A program made the translations under genes and the position numbers. A DNA stretch of 64,000 bases, counting the filler, from Octopus bimaculoides (Eukaryota), in the NCBI RefSeq assembly GCF_001194135.2. It is 7 parts of 7 records of this genome, joined end to end, with 100 filler letters (N's around TTAATTAATTAA, not from the genome) between each part and the next. Parts side by side here need not be neighbours in the genome. Positions count along the whole stretch, not along the records: positions 26,250 to 46,219 come from NC_069002.1; positions 46,320 to 53,530 come from NC_068984.1; 5 more parts are not named here. One strand, 5' to 3'. The notes under the pieces were generated by a model, which was not told where the DNA came from, ran no database searches, and saw only the letters and a program-made list of their open reading frames with translations. This document shows positions 37,290 through 46,777 of this stretch, in pieces; within the stretch, counting starts at the first letter, position 1; the number at the start of each line of letters is the position of its first letter.

Positions 37290-38200
37290 TGGTATTGTTA
37301 GTGTTTCGTATATTCATGTAGGTTGCGCTGTGTTATTTGTTGGGTGGTGAATGTGTAAAGTACACATTGTGTCATGTTGGATGGCATTTGTGTAGAGTCT
37401 GTGTTATGTGTAGAGTACATGTTGGATGGTAACTGAATTAAGTACATATTGTGTTATATGTGGGGCAGTCACTGTAGAAAATATATGATGTGTGTTGGGT
37501 TGTGGCTGAGTAGAGTACATGTTGGGTGGTTAATGTATAGAGCATACACGGACAACATGCAGACTGCGGGTCGCATGTGGCCCTCGACGTGTTTTGCAGC
37601 CCTTGACCAATTTCTAGGTTACTAATTAGCAGCATAACCTAAGAGGAGCGACATCTCAAATTCTACCTAATATTGAAAATATGGTAAAGAATGTGAATGT
37701 TTTGTTCTTTAATAAAATATCAATGAATTTTCTTTCTTTTTTTTTACCTCAATGTTTCAAACTATAATTTATTCACACAAGTAATCATCATTATCATCAT
37801 TAGGAAATAATGAAAGAGATGCCAGCTTAATGTAAATTTTCATACTAAGACAAATAAAGTTAAGAAGAACTACAAAAAATTTAGTGTAAAGTGGACAAGT
37901 AATATTTCATGCATGTGTGTTTTCTCATTCGGCCCTCTCCCACTTGGAAATGGTACGATGCGGCCCCCCCAGTTGATGAACAGTTGCCCATCCCAGGTAT
38001 AGAGTGTGTGTTGGTTGATGGCTGTGCAGAGTACATCCTGGATGGTAACTGAGTCAAGTACGTGTTGTGTTACGTATTGGGTGGTGATTGTATAGATTAT
38101 GTGTTGGGTGGCAACTGTGCAGGATGTTATGCATTAAGTAGTGATTGTGTAGAATATGTGATATGTGTTGATTCTGTAGAGTATGTATAATGTGAGCTGT
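37290..38200 (+). repeat. Degenerate ~25-30-bp TG-rich minisatellite split by the hAT MITE
   Basis: Recurrent TGTAGAGTACATGTTGGRTGGT-like units on both sides of 37543-37996. Confidence 0.65.
37543..37996. mobile_element. hAT (Charlie-type) MITE with 8-bp TSD
   Basis: GTATAGAG at both 37535-37542 and 37997-38004; ends CATACACGGACAAC / GTTGCCCATCCCAG (decayed CAGGGRTGGGCAAC TIR); subterminal GCGGCCC-like words. Confidence 0.8.
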
Positions 38201-38289
38201 GTACTAGTTTAATCCCATGTTGACCTTGACTGAGCATGTCAAATAAAATGATAGTAAAACTTGGTAGAAGAGAAATCAGACAAAGGGCA

Positions 38290-38510
38290 TGAGAGTGAAA
38301 ACAGTGTTGGTGTATGGAGGAAAGATGGTTGGGTAAAGCAATCCATGTTGAGGAAAGCTGTAGAAGAGAAGACTAAGGAAAACTTGGGAAAAAATGACAA
38401 AAGTTGATCTCAGAAAGTTGAAGATGAGAGAGTTGACAAAAGACGAGGACAATGAAATGCTTTGCTGGCAAAGACACACCCAATCCATTGCATGCAAACA
38501 TAGAAAAAAA
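38290..38510 (+). mobile_element. RTE LINE 3' end fragment
   Basis: Decayed GR..RKTWE....DLR.L motif followed by a CCATTGCATGCAAACAT tail like RTE 3' ends. Confidence 0.55.
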
Positions 38511-38550
38511 AGACACTGATTATATCTGTGTACTCTTTTTTTTTTTATTA

Positions 38551-38930
38551 TACTTGTTTCAGTCATTTTGACTGCGGCCATGCTGCAGCACTGCTTTTAG
38601 TCGAGCAAATCGACCCTAGGACTTATTCTTTGTAAGCCTAGTACTTATTCTACCGGTCTCTTTTGCCGAACCGCTAAGTTACGGGGACGTAAACACACCA
38701 GCATCGGTTGTCAAGCGTTGGTGGGGAGAAAAAACACAAACATATATACACACACACACACACATATATATATATTCAATGGGCTTCTTTCAGTTTCCGT
38801 CTACCAAATCCACTCACAAGGCTTTGGTCGGCCCGAGGCTATAGTAGAAGACACTTGCTCAAGGTGCCACGCAGTGGGAATGAACCCGGAGCCATGTGGT
38901 TGGTAAACAAGCTACTTACCACACAGCCAC
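38551..38930 (-). mobile_element. SINE family 1, full-length
   Basis: Reverse complement of 40134-40515. Confidence 0.9.
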
Positions 38931-39041
38931 TTATATATTTCCTACTCCCCTCAGCAAGTTCACTCTATTCTTTTATCAATTTTACTAAATAATAAAAGTC
39001 TTGTTGATGCAGGCCAACACCAGTCTTTGAAATGTGTTTCA

Positions 39042-39077
<36 letters not shown>

Positions 39078-39124
39078 TATTTATCAAACCATATGGAAAA
39101 ATGAGCATAAAAATGATCAAACAA

Positions 39125-39156
<32 letters not shown>

Positions 39157-39967
39157 CCATAACGTTTGGGTTTTTTTCTTCACTAAATGTCAACTGGCCA
39201 AAATATTACTGATGTCAACAGAATTCCTAAATCTCTGATTTGTTTGTATTAAAAGTACTACTTTGATCCACAATGACAATCTCACATGACCATCCCTACT
39301 TAAACTACGCAACTACATTACTCTTATCTCAAACAACCATTTTACAACCGTTTCCCTTTCAGGCAGATTAGCCTAAGGTCAGACAGGTGTGCAAATTTCA
39401 ACATTGGAATAGTTTTATCATTATCTATAGTCACTGATATTATCTGTTGTATTAGTGTAGGGAAGAGATAGAAATGGTAAAGTGTTGGACTGAAAGATTT
39501 TCAAGACCTTCCTTTACTTACACACTTTTCTAAGAATCTGATCTGGAAACTCACTTGGATCAAATTTTACCCACCACTCCTTTCATTCAGGAGGGCACTA
39601 AGCTCATACCTAGGTCACAGTGTGTCGGTGACGTTTTACAATTTTCACCTATGAATCTCCTAGTCTGGTTCAAATGCAAGAAATCAATATCATCAGTTGC
39701 ACTATTTTTAATTCGGTGGCGAATATATCAGAATTCCTAACAGATGAGTCATAGTTTCAAATCCTGTTCAATGTTTTTTTCACTGCACAACGTCTCCTGG
39801 GGCAAAATAATGCCCTGTTATGAAGATCAGAAGAACCCAGGTAAAAACATTATCCCCATATCAGAGACAGCTGTCCAACATAAAACCATACCTATTCTAC
39901 AACACTACTACTAACCAACACAGTACTCTAAGTTAACAAATGCAAAACAGGGGAAAAGAAAGAGTCT

Positions 39968-40068
39968 TTAGCCCTTTAGTATTTAAGCTGGCCATATCCA
40001 CCTAAAATATTCTACCTGTTTCATGTTCAAACGGGCCATTCCCAACCTCTTGCACTTACTCTACAATG

Positions 40069-40115
<47 letters not shown>

Positions 40116-40626
40116 AGCTACTTACCACACAGCGTAGGAGTGGCTGTGTGGTAAGTAGCTTGCTTACCAACCACATGGTTCCGGGTTCAGTCCCACTGCG
40201 TGGCATCTTGGGCAAGTGTCTTCTACTATAGCCTCGGGCCAACCAAAGCCTTGTGAGTGGTTTTGGTAGACGGAAACTGAAAGAAGCCCGTCGTATATAT
40301 ATATATATATATGTATGTGTGTATGTGTTTGTCCCCACAACATCGCTTGACAACCGGTGGTGGTGTGTTTACGTCCCCGTAACTTAGCGGTTCGGCAAAA
40401 GAGACCGATAGAATAAGTACTAGGCTTCCAAAGAATAAGTCCTGGGGTCGATTTGTTCGACTAAAGGCAGTGCTCCAGCATGGCCACAGTCAAATGACTG
40501 AAACAAGTAAAAAAGTAATCACATCATCAAAATCTTGAAGCTACAAGATAATGCATGATTAATTCAAAACAAGGGGAATAAACGAAGATTACGTTTGAAT
40601 AAATAATCAGAATACTAAAGGGTTAA
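39968..40626. mobile_element. piggyBac-type MITE copy 1, interrupted by (ATT)n and a SINE
   Basis: Starts TTAGCCCTTTAGTATT, ends AATACTAAAGGGTTAA; interior homologous to copies 2 and 3. Confidence 0.65.
40134..40515 (+). mobile_element. tRNA-derived SINE family 1, young full-length copy
   Basis: A-box-like TGGCTGTGTGG, B-box-like GGTTCAGTCCC, CORE-like TTGGGCAAGTGTC segment, internal (TA/TG)n, tail GAAACAAGTAAAA. Resembles the described octopus OK/OR SINEs (assignment unverified). Confidence 0.9.
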
Positions 40627-40639
40627 ACTTGTTAGTGAA

Positions 40640-40815
40640 TTAACCTTTTAGCATTTAAACTAGCCATATTGGGCCTCTCACACCTGCCCTACAATGTCAT
40701 TATGAAAATAAACAATCACATCATCGAAATCTCAAGACAATGTGTGATTAATTCAAAACAATGTGAATAAATAAGCATTATAATTGACAGAGTAAACTGA
40801 ATGCTAAAGGGTTAA
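40640..40815. mobile_element. piggyBac-type MITE copy 2
   Basis: TTAA-CCTTTTAGCATT ... AATGCTAAAGGG-TTAA (TTAA TSD, CCCT-type TIR). Confidence 0.75.
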
Positions 40816-40979
40816 AGATTCTGGCTTATAATTAATATTTTTAATTACCAAAATCTTTTGAATGGCTTAGTAAGGAGGCCTCTAAGACTGGTTTCAAGAA
40901 AGGAATACATTATCCTCAGACCAAAATCCTGGCCCAAATGCTTGCAACAGAATGGTACCTGATAAAGAGTTAGGTGATA

Positions 40980-41191
40980 TTAACCCTTTAGCATTCAGAT
41001 TTCTTTGTTAAATGTAATACTTATTTATTCACAGTATTTTGAATTAATCATACAATATCTTGTAGCCTCAAGATTTCAATAGGGTGTATGTATGTTTTTA
41101 GAATGACATTGTAGGGTAGGTGCGAGAGGTTGGATCTGGTCAGGTAGACTATTTGGGCTGGATATGGCCGAATTAAATGCCAAAGGATTAA
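40980..41191. mobile_element. piggyBac-type MITE copy 3 (inverted relative to copies 1 and 2)
   Basis: TTAA-CCCTTTAGCATT ... AATGCCAAAGGA-TTAA; interior is the reverse complement of copy 2. Confidence 0.75.
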
Positions 41192-41397
41192 ACATCGACA
41201 ACCATCGGGTTCTCACAGTTTTCGTCTACAACATTTTCATCACAAGGCTTTGTTCGTCCCAACAACATGCACTAAATTTCAAAACCATTCATTCAGCTAG
41301 CTCTGAACATACACACCTGTAGCAGAATATCATAATGTAATAATGTAAAACGTACTTAGTCATGTCGTGAAAATTATAACCTGGTTATACCCCTCAC

Positions 41398-41428
<31 letters not shown>

Positions 41429-41969
41429 ACACACATACAAACAATGATAAGATGCGATCAAGAAGGAAAGTATATCATATTTACTCCTAAGACTATCATC
41501 AGGTCAACTACACCTGGCAAGTTCTCTCAGAATAAATAAATTAAAAAACACTCCATATATACAGCATGTATGTAATAAAATGTATCTTAAAGACCTGCAC
41601 TTAATTTGGAGAGCAATGGACAGGTACCGTAAACGAAGAGAGAAGCTCTAAGAACTTAAAGTATTTTAAGTCTTATTCCTGATCATAGGATGTCATTAAC
41701 TTCGTTTTATAACACAAACCAACCTTCCTGGCAAAGCAAAACCTGATTATGTTGCCTGTTGACCCAATAAGAGAACCTTCACATGGTCACTTGACCTGCT
41801 AGAAGTAGCAGCTAAAATCTTCGTCAAATCAAAGCTTGCCATCTTAATAGAATAAGGAACAATAACACAGAATGCAGTTGTAGATAGGCCTGAAAAGGCA
41901 GGGGATGGTGGCGAACCCTGCTGTATTCTTCCACCACAACTTTCTCTCACTCTTTCTTCCTGTTTATGT

Positions 41970-42155
41970 TGTACCTGTATTTCAAAGGGCCAGCTTTGGC
42001 ACACTCTGTGTCACGCTGAATCTCCCCGAGAACTACGTTAAGGGTACACATGTCTGTGGAGTGCTCAGTCACTTGCACGTTAATTTCACGAGTAGGCTGT
42101 TCCGTTGATCGGATCAACTGGAACCCTCGACGTCGTAAGCGACGGAATGCCAACA
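41970..42155 (+). mobile_element. SINE family 3, 3' part (CpG-intact)
   Basis: TTCAAAGGGCCAGC..GAATCTCCCCGAGAACTAC..GGATCAACTGGAACCCTC. Confidence 0.75.
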
Positions 42156-43257
42156 ACAAAAGTCCCAGGAGAAAATTCTTCTTAAGACAAACATGTGTGA
42201 AAACACATTGGGCTGGGAATGACATTGCTGGATTCTAAGATGCATGTGTTTCTTAGCTCTTTTGTATTGTCAGCTACAAACACCCAAGTCTGCCTTTCAC
42301 AGCCCCAAAAATAACAATTAGTTGTAGTAGTAGTAAAATAACAAAAGGTAAGAATATTGTGGAAAAAGGTTAACAAAAAAAGAAAAAAGAATGGTCACAA
42401 CTGGACCCCCACCTCCTTTTTTTCCTTTTTTTAACATAACTCTCTTAATCAAAGCTGGCCTGGATTCAACAACTCAGAATAGCAACAGAGTGAAGCTTTC
42501 AGTAAATGAATATGCAAACTCTATATGTATTGAGCACTCTGTCTCTCTCTCTTTCTCTCTATCATTTAGAAAGTCACTCTCATGTAGGAAGGGTGGAATA
42601 GGGAGGGAGGGAGTGAAAGAGAGAGAGAGAGAGAAAAAGAAAGTATTTACAACCAAGCTGAAATAAGGTACATCAACATTTCCACTTTCCCTACCACATT
42701 ACAAAAACTCTCTCTCACACACACACACACACACACTATATCAATGAATCTAAGCTAACCTAGATAGGAAAATGTCCCAAGCAAGCTGTGACAGAGAGGG
42801 TGGTTTGACAAAGTAGGCCAAGCACCCAGGCTAGTCAATGTAGCCCAGCGAACAACAACTAACAAGAGAACTTTCAGAAATCATTTGATGAAAAGTTCAT
42901 ATACGAGAGAGAATAATATCACCAACGCCATTATATAATTTTTATCTGCCGTGGAAATTGGAGTATAATGGGGGTAATGTGGATGTTTTTACATTCAGAA
43001 GTGGAGCAGGGAGAGGGGGAGAATAAAGTGTGCAGAGGAAAGGAGGGAGGGGGTTGTTTTCTTAGAATCAATGGAACTTATGAAATTATTCAAAGCGTTA
43101 TAAAGGGAAAATATTCAAGAATTTGTGCAAGGTGTGGTGAGTTGTGATGTGCGAGAGTGTTCAAGCGGAATTCAGATACATGGGTTGTGAACATTAATGT
43201 GTTAAGTATATAGTTACTAAACCAAGTCCATAATAATAATAACAATAATAATAATAA

Positions 43258-43610
43258 TAATTTCAAATTCTGGTACAAAGCCAGCAACTTTTGTGGAGGT
43301 GGGGCTTAGTTGATCACATCAGCCTCAGTATTTGACTGGTTTTATTGACCCTGGAGGGATAAAGGGCAAAGTCGACCTCAGCAAAGTTTGAACTCAGATG
43401 ATAAGAGTAGGAAGCGACGCTGCTAAGCATTTTGTCTGGCGCAGTTACAAGTCTGCTAGCTTGCCACCTTAACAGCAGCAACAACAATAATAATAATAAT
43501 GCTTTAAGTTTTAGCATGAGGCCAGTAGCTTTTGAGGGGAGGGGGGAAGTCAATTGCATTGACTCCAGTACTTGACTATCCACCCTGAAAGGCAAATTTG
43601 ACCTCAGTGC
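43258..43610 (-). mobile_element. SINE family 2: one full copy plus an adjacent partial copy
   Basis: GGCAAAGTCGACCTC..TTTGAACTCAG; second tail at ~43500-43610. Confidence 0.7.
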
Positions 43611-44626
43611 AAATCCTCAAACTAGCCAGATCAATTACTGAGTCTAGTAAAGTGCTCAGATGATTCAACTATATGAGAAATCCAATCTGTATCTCAAAGA
43701 TATGGTGCTTTCTTCCCCCCTCACCTCATTGATTTTTTTTCAAATAAATCATTTGACCAACCAAAGTTCCAAGAAAAGACTTTGTTAGCAGAAAGACACC
43801 AGTTTATTTTAATGATGTGAAATTGCAACCATAGATCCACCAGTAATACAACGAATAATCTATGTTAATGCAAGCTTTAATTCTAAATTTGATTGCAATT
43901 TCATCATTATCAGTAATTAAAGAGTATGAAAATAAGAGATTATTATTTATAATTAATTAAACACTTATTTGAATGTTAGTATTGGAACATTCCAATCATT
44001 AATAACTGAGACACGAGGTGACATATTTTAGGTTCAGGAACAGTCCATTGAATCAACAGAATTAGAATACTGGTACTTGTTTAACTGAGCTCAGAGAGAA
44101 ACATAAAATAGACATAACTGGATACCACAAGTTATTCCATCAATCTCTCAAACAATTCCTGTCACCCCCTATCACCCTCTTACTTCATCTATCTTTCCTG
44201 TCACCTCCTATCACCCTCATTACCTATTGATCTCTCTACATATGCCTTCTACTATTCTCCAATTCCAATTGTTCTACCTACTTCTACATTCTAATACTTT
44301 TGCATTTCCACCATTAACTACCCCTCTATATAGTTACATAATGGAAATGCGAAATAGAATTGTGGAAGAAAAAAATGTTTCTCAGTCAGATACAACCAAC
44401 AATGTTTGAAGCTTAATACTTCAGAACATATGAGGAAGTCTATGTTTCACTGATGAGGTAATAAGGCTGGATCCTATGCAAAGTTGTCTCCCATACCTGC
44501 TCAAATTATTAAAACAATATGAGTCATTTACTAATACTTTGTTTTGTTTTGCTTTTTAACCCTCACAATATAATTATTTTTAACTAGCTTTTTAACATTT
44601 CTTTTCCTCTCTCCCATGAATAAGAA

Positions 44627-44862
44627 AAATGGTTCTCAACCAGGGTCAATATAAGACTTTGTTGTTTAAATCTATGTGCAATAAATTGGTTGTACTCCTA
44701 CAATACACAAAATATTTTATGTCATTTTTTTAAAATACAATTCCTGACAATATTTAATTACAAAAATATAATAGGATTTCCTTAAATATCAAACGGCTGC
44801 GGAGGTCCACCTGAGGAAAACCAAAGGAGTCCATCAGTAAAAAAAATCACTGGGAACCCATG
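44627..44862. mobile_element. Second hAT-type MITE
   Basis: Ends AAATGGTTCTCAACC / TGGGAACCCATG; flanks AATAAGAA and AATTAGAC (6/8 match) fit a decayed TSD. Confidence 0.55.
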
Positions 44863-44927
44863 AATTAGACTAACCCTTTGCCTACACAGGACATGTTTCT
44901 CTGGTGTTCATGCACTGTATATGATTC

Positions 44928-45085
44928 ATCATCATCATCATCATCATCATCGTTTAACGTCCGCTTTCCATGATTGGACGATTTGAATGAGGACTGGTGA
45001 AACCAGATGGCTACACCAGGCTCCAATCTGATTTGGCAGAGTTTCTACAGCTGGATGCCCTTCCTAACACCAACCACTCTGAGAT
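44928..45085 (-). mobile_element. Family 4, truncated copy
   Basis: Near-identical to 34493-34655. Confidence 0.8.
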
Positions 45086-46319
45086 ACACATTCCCAATTT
45101 GTGTTTTCAACCAGAGTAATTTGGGAATTGTGAAAGGATAGTTTTATATTACTCAAACCAAATTAAATAAGGGCAAGTACCAGTTGAGTACTGGGGTCAG
45201 TGTAATCAACTTACTCCCTGAAATTGTTGGCTTTATGCCGAAATTTGAAACCATTATCAAAATACAATACTAGAATTTTTTTATATTCTCAGAATTTTTT
45301 TTATATTGTTAAAAAACAAAGATGGTCATATGGGACAAACTTAAGAAAATGCTTTGGACAGGCAAAGAGTCAACACTATCTTAACTAATAAATTGTTAAT
45401 TTGAAAATATTCATAAAATAAGTCTTTGGGAATGTAATCAGGAAATTCTGATTATGGTAAATTTAGAAGTTGATGGCTGATGATTTATCTTTCTAGAAGG
45501 TTCCAGAAAACTGAAACTTTTATTTTCAATAATAATAAAAAAAAAATATATATATTTTTTTTTAAAAAAAGAAAGGCTTCCAACTAAATTATGTTTTCAA
45601 GTTTGGCTCTGATCTAACAGAAATTTCAAGCAAGAGAAATTAGATAAGAGTTACTGTTAAGATCAAAGTAGCTGACAAGGTTTTTATTTTTTTAAACAAT
45701 AACCTAAAAGAAAAAAAAAATTTCCCTACATATTTCAAAAATGATGGTTTCTAATAAGATGCTTTCTCCATCCTGCGAGGAAGGAATAATCAACAAGCTG
45801 GTAGCTATGTTTCTCAGAGAACAACAACAAAATAGCATGAAAGAGGTCAGCTTCATTGATCAACATTCCATATTACTTCACAGCATGTGATTGGTAATAT
45901 GTCTAGAGGTTGATTGATGGCTGCTAGTAGTAGTAGTAGTAATAGTAGTAGTAGATGTAAGCTTGTGTAGAGAGAGCTCCCATCCCCCACCACCACACAT
46001 ATACCTTACAGTTTCAAGCAGAACAGATGGGAAGCTAGCTTTGTAAATAAGGTGTATTGTTTGAACCGAGTCTGATGGAAGGTTTGAGTTGTAAATAGAG
46101 AGCAGAGCTGATGCAGAACTGATGCAGGCAAATATATAGAAGAGATGGGTTAGATGCGTGCATGCATATATAAATGCATACATACATACATCCTTATATA
46201 TATATATATATATATATATNNNNNNNNNNNNNNNNNNNNNNNNNNNNNNNNNNNNNNNNNNNNTTAATTAATTAANNNNNNNNNNNNNNNNNNNNNNNNN
46301 NNNNNNNNNNNNNNNNNNN

Positions 46320-46590
46320 AAATTGGTTATGAAACACGTGTAATCTTTTTATTATATTTATCTTATGATATTTACTTTACTTTATATTATACTCATTTAT
46401 TGTGCTTTTAATTATTAATTTTTCTATATGTGATAGTGGATTTTCATCGATGAGTTCTTGAAAATTGGTTATTTTCCCTAAAACTATATATATTTTATAT
46501 ATACTTTATCTATAAGGCTCAATTTAATTTTTTATAAATTGATTTTAATTGAGTTTTTTACCTGTAATTTTGGATTTTGTCCCTAATAAT
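46320..46590 (+). mobile_element. Probable PLE terminal repeat (pLTR) remnant with the 3' half of a hammerhead motif
   Basis: GAAAC-ACGT-GTA-atctttt at 46331-46349 directly after a gap; ends in (TA)n. Its terminal ~45 bp recur inverted at 54935-54980, fused to an internal piece in direct orientation. Confidence 0.5.
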
Positions 46591-46618
46591 ATTATTATAT
46601 ATATATATATATATATAG

Positions 46619-46777
46619 GCAGAAATATATACGTCACTAAAGTGATAAAGGTCGCTAATCAGCACCAGTATTGCTAGAAATAAGAGTCGAAACAACCCAA
46701 TAGCCACCGAAGTACTATCTTAATGACTTACAAGGGATAAGTGCCCTTTGTCACTTTCGTGAGGTATATATTTCTGC
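46619..46777. repeat. 159-bp hairpin/MITE-like element with 33-bp inverted termini
   Basis: 46619-46651 and 46745-46777 are reverse complements at 30/33 positions; abuts (TA)n. Confidence 0.75.

Noticed and set aside
34964-38200. 25-bp and ~28-bp repeat arrays as CRISPR-like
   Set aside because: The units are contiguous with no unique spacers, the context is eukaryotic and there are no cas genes.
40134-40210. SINE heads (also ~61320-61350, GGTTCGAATCCC) as tRNA genes
   Set aside because: A/B boxes are present but there is no cloverleaf or acceptor stem, and they continue into SINE bodies.
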